In this document: in pieces, positions 52,351 through 64,000 of the stretch
How the letters are laid out: every line of letters begins with the position of its first letter
Numbering within the stretch: position 1 is the first letter of the stretch
Made by a program: the position numbers and the translations under genes
Assembly (NCBI GenBank): GCA_043228905.1
Contig: JBHGNT010000015.1
Location: 19,654,001 to 19,718,000, forward strand
Direction: 5' to 3'
Source of the DNA: Azolla caroliniana
Taxonomy: Eukaryota > Plantae > Polypodiophyta
Length of the DNA stretch: 64,000 nt
Notes under the pieces: generated by a model
Database searches by the model: none
The model's input: only the letters and a program-made list of their open reading frames with translations
What the model was told of the DNA's origin: nothing

Positions 52351-52504
52351 GTGATCATGCCTTGCAACCTTCTATGGCCACCGCCATAACGAGCTGGTTT
52401 TTCAGCTTCGTGATCAACCCATGTGCACTGCAGATTTTATATACACTTGTAGACAAAACACACCCCTGAGCTTTGCCTCTTTCCATGTAGAAAAGGATGA
52501 ATGA

Positions 52505-55500
52505 ATGATGATTCCTCTCCTTCACAAGAAATCATCAAGAGCTGTTACCAATGCAACATTTATAAAAAATGATGTAGCAAGTGATTCTCTTTCCATTTCC
52601 ATTGCAAATTGCATGATTCAACAGGGTATACCATTATGTAGAGACCATATATATAGTCTTTTACAGTCATGTTTGGGTGTCAAAGATAAAATTTCTAGCA
52701 TTAGGATGATTCACACACATATTTTGTATAGTGGCCTTGATTCGTTTACAGTTTTCAACGATCACCTCATTCGGATCTATGCATCATGTAAGTGCCTCAA
52801 AGAAGCTGAGGTAGTGTTCAAGAATGTAGAGAAACCTAGTTCTCACACATGGAATGCTATCATCTCCGCACATGCTTCATCTGGTGAACATGAGAGAGCT
52901 TTTGAATTCTATGAACAAATGCAACAAGTTGAATTTGCTGCGAATAAGTACATATTTCAATGTATTTTGAATGCATGTTTGGATGTTGAATCCTTGCAAA
53001 AGGGTTTGCTTATACATGACCACATTATTAGAGCTAGTCTGGAGTCAGATATAGCTGTCAGAAGTGGCATTGTAGCATTGTATGTGAGACGTGGAATATT
53101 AGATGAAGCAACAAAGGTTTTTGAGAGTTTGCCGAACCGTGATGTAGTGTTGTGGGGAATAATAATAACAGGGTATTATGAGAATAAACAAGATCTCATT
53201 GCTCTTAAACTTTTTCACCAAATGGAAAAGGAGGGTATAAAGGCTGATGTCATCATCTTTCTCGGCATTTTAAAAGCATGTGGTAGAGTAGAATATTTAG
53301 AGCAAGGGAGACTTATGCACTGCCGGATCATTTTATATGGACTCGAGTCAGATATTTCGCTTGGTAGGACTCTTATTGATATGTATGCCAAATGTGAGGG
53401 CTTATTAGAAGCACAAAATGTCTTTGACAAATTGGATGACAAAGGTATAGTTTCTTGGAACTCATTGATAGCATCATATCTACCACGTGGATATGCAGCC
53501 ATTGAAGTTTTTGAAAGCATGCAAGAACAGGGCATTCAGGCTGATAAGATCACATATCTATATGTCTTGAAAGCATGTGGGAATTCAAAAGCCTTTCGAC
53601 ATGGCATATGTCTACACAACCAGGTTGTCCGGGATGGGATGGAATCAGACATAGAGATTGGAAGCATACTTATTAGCATGCATGCCAAATGTGGAAGATT
53701 ACATGAAGCCAGGAATGTGTTCAACAAGATGCTGAATAGAGATATCGTTGCCTGGAGTGCAATGATTGGCAGCTATGTTGATAATGAGGAAGCCAATCTT
53801 GCAATTGAATTATTTGATCAAATGATGAATAAGGGCATAACTCCCATCAAAGTGACATTGATTTATGTTTTAAAAGCTTGCGGTGACACAAGGGACGTAG
53901 AAAAAGGCAGGTTGATACACAACCATGCTATTCAGAATGGTCTGATACTGTATAATAACATTGTAAGTGCTGTTGTAGATATGTATGCCAGATGTTCAGA
54001 ACTTTCTGAGGCAAAGAAAGTATTTGATTCTTTATCGTGTCAAGACATAGTAGCATGGGACATAATTATTTCAGCTCATGCCCAGAATGGGCATGGTGAA
54101 TTTGCTCTAGTGTTGTTCGAGAAGATGCAAAGACAGGGTTTGAATGCAGATAAGTCCATGTTTTTATGCATTTTAAAAGTATGTGGCACTTCAAGAGCCA
54201 TAATACAAGGTAGGCTGATGCATGATCAACTAATGAAGAGTAAATATCCATGTGATGTAAGCATCAGTAATGCACTTATTGGCATGTATGCAGAATGTGG
54301 TATGCTGGAAGAAGCTTGCAATGTCTTCAATGCCTTACCAGATCAAGATGCCTCATCTTGGGGTGCATTGATTGCAGGATGTGCTGAAAATGGTTATGAG
54401 ATTCTTGCACTGAAGCTGTTCTTCAAAATGCATGAACGGGATTTGATCCCAGAGAAGGCCACAGTTGTGTGTGTTCTGAGTGCTTGCAGCTGTGCAAAAT
54501 CAATAAGGCAAGCTAGATTGATGCATAATTATATGATTTTAAATCAACTTGATAAGGATGTTGTAATCGGAAACTCGTTAATTGATATGTATTGCAAGTG
54601 TGAAAGCATAAGTGAGGCACAGAGTGTTTTCAACCAAATGCTAGATCGTGATGGCAACTCATGGAATTTAATGATTTCAGGTCACAGTCAGCATGGGCAA
54701 GGCCTTGCTGCACTCAAGATTTTTGAGAAAATGCAGAATCAGGATGAACATTTGAACACAGTTGTGTTCTCATGCACCTTGAAAGCATGTAGCATAGACC
54801 GATTATCAATTCAGGGCAGAATCCTGCATCATCGGATCATAGCCAATAGAATGGAAACTGATTTGGTAGTGGCTAACACTCTTATCGACATGTACTCAAA
54901 ATGTGGGTATCTCTGTGATGCAAGAAAAGTGTTTGATAATTTGAAATGTAGAGATGAGTTCTCATGGGGTGCTATTATAATGTGCCATGCCCTTCATGAT
55001 GATAATTATGAGGTATTGAAACTTTACATGAGAATGGAAGTAGATGGTGTAAAAGCAGATGTTGTGACATCATCCTGTACATTAAAAGCATGTGGTGGCA
55101 TTGGAGCTCTTAAGCATGGAAGGCTGCTTCATGACCATGTGATTAGGTCAGGAATCGATGTGGATGTGGTGATTAGTACTGCATTGATCGATATGTATGC
55201 AAGATGTGGCAGCTCAATGGAGGCACACCGAGCATTTGAGAAAGCACATATCCGAAATGAAGTGTCATGGACAGCTTTGATCTCAGCATTTGTTCAGGAT
55301 GGGAACTTTGAGCTTGTAAGAAAGTGTCTTAAACATATGCTACAAGATGGCTTTATGCCAGATGGTCAAACATTCACCAGTATTCTTGCGGCATATAGCA
55401 ATTCAGGTCGAATGGATGCGAGCTATCAGTGCCTGGAATCTATGAATGACGTTCATGAAATTTCACCTACCATTGAACATATGAATTGCATCATTGACAC

Positions 55501-55714
55501 TCTTGCTAGAGTTGGACACTTGCATGAAGCTGAGGAGCTTCTGCAAACCATGCCAATGCCACCTGATTCCACTGGGTGGGTATCTTTGCTAACAGCTTGC
55601 CAAACTTATGGAAATATGGGGGTTGGGTGGCAATGCTTGAATGAAGTGGTTAAGATGGACCTTTGTGGCACTGGTAGTTACATGACGATAGCAAATATTT
55701 GTGCTGTTTCTTGA
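52505..55714 (+). CDS. Long PLS-class PPR protein (1069 aa) ending in the E region, no DYW
   Basis: Uninterrupted PLS triplets; EHMNCIIDTLARVG..MPMPPDSTGWVSLLTACQTYGN..SYMTIANI. Confidence 0.94.
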   Translation: MMIPLLHKKSSRAVTNATFIKNDVASDSLSISIANCMIQQGIPLCRDHIYSLLQSCLGVKDKISSIRMIHTHILYSGLDSFTVFNDHLIRIYASCKCLKEAEVVFKNVEKPSSHTWNAIISAHASSGEHERAFEFYEQMQQVEFAANKYIFQCILNACLDVESLQKGLLIHDHIIRASLESDIAVRSGIVALYVRRGILDEATKVFESLPNRDVVLWGIIITGYYENKQDLIALKLFHQMEKEGIKADVIIFLGILKACGRVEYLEQGRLMHCRIILYGLESDISLGRTLIDMYAKCEGLLEAQNVFDKLDDKGIVSWNSLIASYLPRGYAAIEVFESMQEQGIQADKITYLYVLKACGNSKAFRHGICLHNQVVRDGMESDIEIGSILISMHAKCGRLHEARNVFNKMLNRDIVAWSAMIGSYVDNEEANLAIELFDQMMNKGITPIKVTLIYVLKACGDTRDVEKGRLIHNHAIQNGLILYNNIVSAVVDMYARCSELSEAKKVFDSLSCQDIVAWDIIISAHAQNGHGEFALVLFEKMQRQGLNADKSMFLCILKVCGTSRAIIQGRLMHDQLMKSKYPCDVSISNALIGMYAECGMLEEACNVFNALPDQDASSWGALIAGCAENGYEILALKLFFKMHERDLIPEKATVVCVLSACSCAKSIRQARLMHNYMILNQLDKDVVIGNSLIDMYCKCESISEAQSVFNQMLDRDGNSWNLMISGHSQHGQGLAALKIFEKMQNQDEHLNTVVFSCTLKACSIDRLSIQGRILHHRIIANRMETDLVVANTLIDMYSKCGYLCDARKVFDNLKCRDEFSWGAIIMCHALHDDNYEVLKLYMRMEVDGVKADVVTSSCTLKACGGIGALKHGRLLHDHVIRSGIDVDVVISTALIDMYARCGSSMEAHRAFEKAHIRNEVSWTALISAFVQDGNFELVRKCLKHMLQDGFMPDGQTFTSILAAYSNSGRMDASYQCLESMNDVHEISPTIEHMNCIIDTLARVGHLHEAEELLQTMPMPPDSTGWVSLLTACQTYGNMGVGWQCLNEVVKMDLCGTGSYMTIANICAVS

Positions 55715-57383
55715 AACTGGGTGAAAGGGTGAGGTGGGTGATGGGATACATGAATTTACTGCAGCGGAGCATCAGGTTTGTGAAAGGATAGCAATGTAGA
55801 CAATGTAGTGACCATGTCGAAATTGTGAAAGAATGCTTGAGCTGAAATTTGATGTATGCACATGAATTGAGCAAAATGATGTAATAATGCTACAAATTCA
55901 AGTATCAGATAAACAATTGTTAATGATAATTCAGGATTCAAGCAGAGCTTGAGATACACATCACAAGTGCTCGATTTTTCTTCCCATGTCATCGTAAGGA
56001 GGAATAGCAGGAGCTGTTGGCCAGCAAATCAATGCAGTACATCAATTTTGAGGGGAATGACTTTGGTGAATAATTTTGGTGTACTAGAATCTCTCTTCAG
56101 TCTTGTAAAGCATGCAAGTTTCAAGTTTTCTTAATCAGCAGATACTTGTTCTTGTGTATGTTCAACCAGGGAACATCACTCTTCGTCACATGATCAATCT
56201 TGGCATGCCACTTTATGTTGGTAACCCTTCATACCTATGTATAGGATCCTCGATGCATGTTACTGGAATAAGAATCTTAATTCTAAAACCCAACGAGGCA
56301 ATTTCAATTGGTGCAAGACATATATCACTAGTGTTAATTATGTTATCCACAAATTCTGTGGGTTGTATCATGAAGAGACCTATTGAAAGGTCATGATGTA
56401 AGAAATATGTTCATACCAAAAAGATGAGCTAACAGAACATAAAATAGACAAATATATGAAATCTGACCAAACATGGCAAGTGGGGTTGCATGCAATTTAT
56501 ACTGTAGCTTAACATTAGAATGAATGAATCCATGTGGAAGTCATAGTAAAACTAAAAGCACTAGTCTTTTGATTGGAGGCGACAAAAAAAGCATAAGAGT
56601 GTCTTTAGCATGCTTTGATACTGAATCTAAGAACAATATATGTTTCAAAAACTTAACCAATCACATCAATCTTTGACAAACAAGATCAGGACATAATAAT
56701 ATCCTGCTGTCAATTTTGGGAATGATGACATAAAAAAGGACCAGGGGTTTGGACTAGGGTGATCCATTCCCTATTTGCATAGTAAAAATAGACATAATAA
56801 ATAATAGGCTATTTGTGCATTTAAATTGTGAATCAGCATCAACCACCTTCATATGTAGCAATGCTGAGACTGCCACTTGAACCAAAATTTAGTATCAGAA
56901 CAGCTATCATGAAGAAATAGCGCCTTCTAAAGCAGCATAATTGAAGAACTATCTATATAAAATGGCATTGACGACAATATATGGCATAAACCTAAAGAAA
57001 GGCGCAGAGAGAAAAGAAAATCACTTAAATCATTACTATCTCAAAGATGGTTTTTTATTTCAACCAAAAGTTTAACAAGAGCCTCAACAGTTATGCCATT
57101 ATTCACATTTTTTGCCAAAGCAATGCAATATCCACTTTGTTTGAGCTTTAGCGATGGTATCATGATATGGTATATGTTCGCAAAAGGTATGAGCAAATAT
57201 ACCAAAATCACTTGAACAAAAGTATCGCCCAAAACTTACATATCTATGTGACAGATTAAAATACACCCTTGAGAATTCAATATAAGCAGTGTTTTTACTA
57301 GATAGCTGTCTGCTCACATATATGCAACATGCAATCTATGTGCATTTTTAAGCTTCAACAGCATATACAAACTTTTTAGGTTA

Positions 57384-60300
57384 TTATGAACTATCCATTG
57401 TGCTATCCATGGCTGTAATATTGCCAGATCCAACCTCTTGCTCTTGTCTTGATGCTCCGAAAACAAAATCGCTCAGAGGCATCACAGAAACACTACTGGA
57501 ACCAAATGATAGGAGGTTTCCTGAAGATGGAGAGAAAGCTGATGTGTTAGAAAATGCAAGGGGGTTTACAGTTGGTGCCGTTGCTGGAAATCCAAATCTA
57601 AATCCTACACCAGTTTCAGTTGGAAACATGGTTGAGAGCAGCCCATCAGATCCGAAGACCTCTGCCTCATACGCTTGTAGTTGTTGACCTACAGCTGTGT
57701 CACATATAAAAGTTCTGAGAACGTGTGTGAAAAAAGTCTAACAAATCAGACATTTCGTGCAAAGCACACTTCATATACATTACAGATCGAAAGTTTGAGC
57801 AACCATCTGTCAAATTAATGAGCAGTCAATAAAAACCATGAAAAATTAAGAGTGCAATTATATATATCATTTGAAGTAACGCTTGATGCAGCCACACTTT
57901 CTATAACAGTTAAGTTGGTTTTAAGAACTTCCCCCACTGAATTTCTTTTGCTTGACTTGGAAGTCTATACACCAGATAATAAATATTCTTCCTTTGTGAA
58001 GGACACACAAAATTCAGAAGAACTTCTAAAACACTCTTCCTTCAGGAAATCTCCAAATCATCACACACTTGGATGATATGCTCATCAATCAGGAGTACAG
58101 ATGTATGCCTTGACCATTTTACAGAGTGTTTTGAGTTACTCCTAAAATTTGAAAGCAGATCTTTGAATAAACAGGTTGCTTATTTATAGTCAAACCAAAG
58201 GATCACAAAAGATGTGACCATCAAAGAAAAAGAGTTCAGTTTATTCTCGAAAGTCAAGCTACAATAGCAGAGTTACCAAAATAGGAAATCTACACATGAT
58301 TTTACCAAGGTAGCAAAGGATAACAGTTTTGTGTGGAAGAGAGTATGGACTGCATAGATGACACTACATTGAGAAGAAAAGAGCTAAGTGCAATATGGAT
58401 TACAATGAGTATTGACTGTATAGAATGACACTATATTGAAGAGTAAAGAGCTAAGGGCAATATGGATTATAATGAGTATGGACTGCATAGAATAACAATA
58501 TTGGGAAGCGAAGAGCTAAGTGCAATATGGATTATAATGAATAACAGTACATTGAGAATAAAAGAGCTAACTGCAGGATTAAGATCGACCTGCAATTACT
58601 TTACAAAAGGGCAATCAGAATGTCGGAAATATTGCTAATTTCTCGAAATGCTAGAATTTAAGGTTAAGCGATTTCCAGATACATTAACTCAGGGAGAATT
58701 CAACAACAACCAGAGAAGATTTATATTTCAGAATTGAATGGAAGACTGAGGAAGCTGGAACTAGAATGATAGATTTTGGTGAATGCATCTGTAAAGAAGC
58801 TTTAGGGAAGCATGTACAATTGTCAATAGTTGATCAGAGGACTGATGACAGACAGGATTTGTGAGTTTTTTGTTACAAATCTTTCCAATTAAGCTACTGC
58901 AGGTCAGTCATATGCACAATTTCTCCACCAGAGAACTGAATTTCTCTTTCGTCAATCTTACTAGCAGATCCATAGAATAACTTAAGGTTGCATACAGGGA
59001 AAGCTTATCTCTGATCATTTTCTACGTATGTTTATTGGTTCATCTCCAACCTGGACTCGCTCCCCTATCATTTTCTTGGCTGTTTCTTTCCACACAAATA
59101 TTGTTGCATGAAATGATGGAACATAGGCATTCCATCTACCCTAAACATTATCAAAGATAGGTACTCCTTTCTTTGAGTGCAAGGTATACATGCCAAAACC
59201 AGACATCAGACTGATCTTGTTGTGAGATATGTCAGTAGACAATGATCCAATCAAAACTAGAAATAAATTACTACAAATGAAGAATGTAAATTGCAAAACA
59301 TCTCAAGATTCGGCTCAAAATAATACAACTCTTCAAGAAGACCCATCAGACACAACTTCAAGAAAATGAGAGTGAACCTGAGGACAGGTTGACACAGGGT
59401 CTTCTATCTTTCACCCATTGGTAGCTTTGGGAAAGCCTCCACCCTTTGTATCTCATTAAATATGCAATAACAACTGCGGGTGACCTATTAAACAAACAAC
59501 AATAATGTGATATAATCAGCCAAGTATTCTTAACACTTCGCAAACATCACCACAAAAACTTTTATTATCTTAGTTGAGCACCTGTTTTGCCCAGACATAC
59601 AATGGACCAAAATGCGTGCATTCTCTAATCTGCTTTGTTCTGCATTAAAAAATTGAAGGAATCCTTTAACTGTAATTTCAGAGAGTTACAGTGTTTCAAT
59701 CCTTTCTAAGAGAGCAGAGTTTGGGTTTTACATCACATTCGTAAGAAACTCAATTGTAGAAAATACACTACATGTGACATAATACTACCACAATAATAAA
59801 ATTTACATGTGCTAGTATTCTTAGGTCAAAACTCATCTTTGCAGATAAGATTAAAGGTAATATCCTGGGCTCAATATGTTAGTATGCATACCAATAAACT
59901 CAACACATTCATCAAACGGCAGCATCTGGTCTCCCTTTATGGTTTTATAAGTGAATGAATTCTTGTAAAGGTTTTGGCATGTTGGCACCATCTGCAGGAG
60001 AAAGAATACATTAGATTTGATGTAAGTATACAAAGAGTAAAAGAGTAATAAAATATTGTGAAAATATGTCTTCACTTATTGAGCATGTATTGAAAAGTAA
60101 ATTTATGTACTTTAACCCTCATATCACTTCTCTCAAAATGAATTTGATAAAAAGTATGATTCGTCTCAATGTCAAATTAAAATTCCAATTGTTCAATTCA
60201 GTCTCGAGACATGCAGTCAACATTGAGCATAGAATAATACTGATGTAATCATTAGTTTCATTGGCTTAAGAAGGGTTCCTAATGTTGTAGACTCGTGCAT

Positions 60301-61244
60301 ATTATTGATAAAATCATTGCAGGCATTGATCCAAGACAAGAAAACAATGCCAATTGATCATCACGTAATCATTACTACTACTGAATGAAGACAAACACGC
60401 AAGCAATGCGAACAGATCAACAGATGTAATTGTTAATATCATCGATTTAAATGGCAACTACTTATTGTATATGTGGCTATTAATATCACTAATCCAGATG
60501 CATGCAGATCATCATTGCATGCAATTGATCCAAAATTGAAATACAAATATATCATCATCACACGCAAAATATTAATATCATCCATCCAGATGCAAGCAGA
60601 CCAACATCCCATGTAATAATGAATACCATTGCTCCAAATGTAACCATCCAATGTAATCAGTACAATGATTGAAACAGATCATCATCATAATATGCAAATA
60701 TCACAATTATCAATCCACATTGCATTAGATTATCATCACATGTAATCACTACTACCATGGATCAAAATGCAAAAGATCATCATCAATGCGATCATTACAA
60801 TCATTGGCCATCACAAACAATCAAATAACGCACAAGGAAAATAATGTGACTACTGCTACCAACAGATCTGAAACCAAAATGAACGAAAGGATTAAAAGGA
60901 GAGAGGAAAATGACAGGACTTACATTGAGGATGCGAGAGATACCCTGAGCCTTGAGGAGCTCTGCACGGGATGCATTATCATAGCTGCCAAGATAGAGGA
61001 ATAAAGGCAGAATCTCTGAGGAGAAAGCACTTGGTGTATGATGATAAGTGGATGACGATGGTGATGTGGATGATGCTAGCGAAATTGACGAAGACGACGA
61101 TCCATTACCGCTACCATTAAGAGGGTTTCTCTCTCCCGCCTCTTGGAGGCGGTGACCGCAGATTCCACAAACTTCTCCTTCCTCGTATTTGTGATAGTGC
61201 CCACAAATGAAACATGGGTTTTCTCTCTCACGCTTCCGAACCAT
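57384..61244 (-). CDS. IBR5: Dual-specificity protein phosphatase IBR5, 5 exons
   Basis: Exons 61244-60924, 59991-59892, 59639-59582, 59484-59378, 57694-57384. N-terminus RKRERENPCFICGHYHKYEEGEVCGICGH, YLGSYDNASRAELLK, catalytic VHCMSGQNRS, C-terminal FVFGA..MDSS. Confidence 0.96.
58341..58575. repeat. ~66-bp tandem repeat x~3.5 in IBR5 intron 4
   Basis: gagtat(g/t)gactg.atag..aagagctaag.gcaatatggatta at 58341, 58407, 58474. Confidence 0.85.
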
Positions 61245-61580
61245 GGCTTTCTCCTCCTCTTCCTCTTCCTCCTCCTCTGTTTCTTCTTCTACTCTGTTTC
61301 TGTCTGTTCCTGTAAAGGTCGATCTTCTTCTCCTCCTCCTCTGTTTCTGAGTCTCTGTATCCTCTGATTATCTTTCTTCTTCTAGGTTTCTGTTTGCTCC
61401 CCCTCCTCCTCTGTTCTGTGTTCTTCTTCTTCTTCTTCTTTGATTCTTCTGCCCTGTTTGTTCTGCGTTGTCTTCTTCCGTGTGTTTGTTTAGTTAGAGC
61501 CTCTTGTTTTTTTTACACCTAAACAAATTTCCTTCCTTCACAAGAAAGAACACAAATTACAAAGAGATTTTGATTGATTC

Positions 61581-62262
61581 AATCCTCAACCATTTCCTCT
61601 AAGTCTTGACTCACCCTTGACTCTGGTCAAGTCTTTCCTTTGCCTTCCCTTATGTATGTGCACTCTCTTGGTCAAGGTTCACCGGACCATCGTGACCTTT
61701 GACCGTCCCTGAGGGCTTTTCATCCATGGCCATGCCGAAGACCCACAAACCAAATGAATCCTCAACCATTTCCTTTCAGACTCTCACTCTTGACTCGGGT
61801 CAAGTCTTTCCTTTGCCTTTTCCTATGTATGGGCACTCTCTTGGTCAAGGTTCACCGGACCATCGTGACCTTTGACCGTCCCCGAGGGCTTTTCATCCAT
61901 GGCCATGCCGAAGACCCACAAACCAAATGAATCCTCAACCATTTCCTTTTAGACTCTCACTCTTGACTCGGGTCAAGTCTTTCCTTTGCCTTCTCCTATG
62001 TATGTGCACTCTCTTGGTCAAGGTTCACTGGACCATCGTGACTTTTGGCCGTCCCTGAAGGCTTTTCATCCATGGCCATGCTGAAGACCCACAAAGCAAA
62101 TGAATCCTCAACCATTTCCTTTCAGACTCTGGTCAAGTCTTTCCTTTGTTTTTTACTATGTATGTGTACTCTTTGGGTCAAGGTTCACCGGACCATCATG
62201 ACTTTTGACTGTCCTTGAGGGCTTTTCATCCATGGTCATGCTGAAGATCCGCAAAGCAAAGC
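61581..62262. repeat. 173-176 bp tandem array x4 upstream of IBR5, rich in TTGACY/RGTCAA
   Basis: aatcctcaaccatttcct at 61581, 61757, 61930, 62103. Confidence 0.93.
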
Positions 62263-62279
62263 ACCAACTAACTGGATGA

Positions 62280-62810
62280 TCTATTGATTTATTCAAAAAC
62301 ACAAGAGGATCATGATTCTCATGTTCGTCAAATACTAAAACGATTACGAGAATATTGGTTTTATGCAAAACTGGAGATTTGTAGTTTTGATTGCAAATAG
62401 GTAGATTTTTTAGGCTATGTCGTCTCCACCGAAGGAATGTCTATGGATCCAAGTAAAGTTGAAATGGTGTTGGAGTGGCAGACTCCACAATCCCTGCAAG
62501 GTGTGCAAGTTTGGTAGGGTTCACAAACTTCTATCACAAGTTTATACAAGATTACCCAAAACTTATATTGCCTCTTACACAATTACTCACAAAGAACGAA
62601 CAATCATTTGTTTGGACCGATTATGCAAATGGTGTTTTTTTGAATCTCATGAAAGCATTTACATCCGTCCTATTCTAGCTCATGTTGATCCACAAAAACC
62701 ATTTATTATTGAAGTAAATGCATCAAATTTCGCACTTGGTAGTATTTTGTCATAACAAGGTGATGATGGGAAACTGCATCCAGTGGCTTTTCATTCGCAT
62801 AAATTTGGCA
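62280..62810 (+). mobile_element. Ty3/Gypsy RT-RNase H fragment
   Basis: DDLLIYSK, VDFLGY, GFTNFYHKFIQDY..PLTQLL, PFIIEVNASNFALGSILS..HPVAFHS; frameshifted. Confidence 0.88.
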
Positions 62811-62881
62811 TAAATTTGGTAGCACAACAACTGTCTGCTGCCAAGCCGCCAGTCAAGGAGCACTTGGGCTCGCCTACGCGA

Positions 62882-64000
62882 TGTTAGAGGTTTGACAACT
62901 CTATATGCACGACGAAACACGTAATAGGCCCCAAAGCTCAACAAATAACATATATGTATAGAAATAGGAACATAGACATAAACAAATGATGTAGATATAG
63001 AGGGAAGAATCAATCTATTATAACATAAGAATGAAACATGGATGTGTATACAATGTAGAGAGGAAGAGCTCTTGCACATAGGACTATGCTCCACTCAAAA
63101 CTCTATCTAGCCTTCTTTTATAGTTGTGAAGGACTTTTGCATGAGCACCACTTGTCACACATGTATTTTGCATGCATACTACTTTTGTATGCATATACTA
63201 CATGCATTTATCATTAAGTAATATTGAATGTTAAATATAATAAACCAATAATGGCGTGATGGTTAAGCTTGATAACTATGAACACATATGTCATGTGTTC
63301 AAGTCCTTCCAAGTACAAGCTTGATTTCCAACACTCTCCCTTAAGCTCGAGATGATGTATCTCCTATCTTCATTTTACGCATAAACTTCTTTGACTTTTA
63401 AAAACTTTGTAAATATATATGCAACTTGATCACCTTTGACAAATAACGATGGATCTGTATCTGACTCTTTGAATTCTTGCTTCATCAAGCATGGAACCAA
63501 CATGTGATACCAAGCTCTCGGTGAGCTTTAAACCATATAAAGCCTTTTTCAACTTACACACATAATCAGGATAATCTGGGTGCACATAACCTTGTGGTTG
63601 CTCCACATATATTTCTTCTTCTAAATCACCATTAAGGAATGTATTCTTTACATCTAGGTGATACAATTTCCATTTCTTTGCGGCTGCAATTGCTAACAAA
63701 GTTCTAGTAGTTGTCATTTTTGCTACTGGACTAAAGGTTTCCTCATAGTCAAACCCATACTTCTGAGCATAACCTTTCACAACTAACCTTGCTTTGTATC
63801 TCGCGATAGTACCATTTGAATTGTGCTTAATTTTATAAAGTACCCACTTACATCCACTTGTCTTGATTTCTTTATTTCTTGGCACCAATGTCCAAGTACC
63901 ATTTTCACGTAAGGCTAGTATCTCCTCATCCATTGCTTCCCGCCATTCTTGTTTGCTTTCTGCTTCTTCAATGTTAGATGGCTCTTCTACTTTAATCACT
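62882..64000 (-). mobile_element. Ty1/Copia 3' end: RT fragment, PPT and 452-bp 3' LTR (62882-63333)
   Basis: RYKARLVVKGYAQKYGFDYEETFSPV, LDVKNTFLNG, KLKKALYGLK. Minus-strand purine tract aagggagag directly before tgttgg; LTR bounded TGTT...AACA with internal tataaaa. Confidence 0.9.

Noticed and set aside
61693-61704. tgacctttgacc nuclear-receptor DR1-like element
   Set aside because: Plants lack nuclear receptors; it is better read as part of the W-box-rich repeat.

Overview
Eukaryotic nuclear DNA: AT-rich, GT-AG introns, many decayed retroelements. Four large PLS-type PPR genes in 64 kb point to a seed-free land plant, most likely a fern (inference). Genes reconstructed by hand from splice sites: 3' half of TTC38 (+, to 2543); a deleted, stop-containing pseudogene of the plant DnaJ/GPALPP1-like gene (+, ~10.9-12.3 kb); a 14-exon CHFR-like FHA-RING-PBZ E3 ligase (+, 16556-23794); four PLS-E PPR genes without DYW, in two divergent pairs; a two-exon bacterial-style quercetinase (QueD)-like monocupin (-, 37181-37900; best horizontal-transfer candidate); plastid SUFE1 (SufE-BolA, +); and the dual-specificity phosphatase IBR5 (-). 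Non-coding structure includes a ~200-bp element with two convergent tRNA-like halves that usually abuts (TC)n/(GA)n, a 133-137-bp satellite derived from its B-box half just upstream of CHFR, an RTE-type LINE between (TC)n tracts, an apparent twin-primed (5'-inverted) L1-type LINE, a ~1.9-kb duplication starting at the TTC38 stop codon, and a W-box-dense tandem array upstream of IBR5. Family assignments come from remembered motifs, not database searches.
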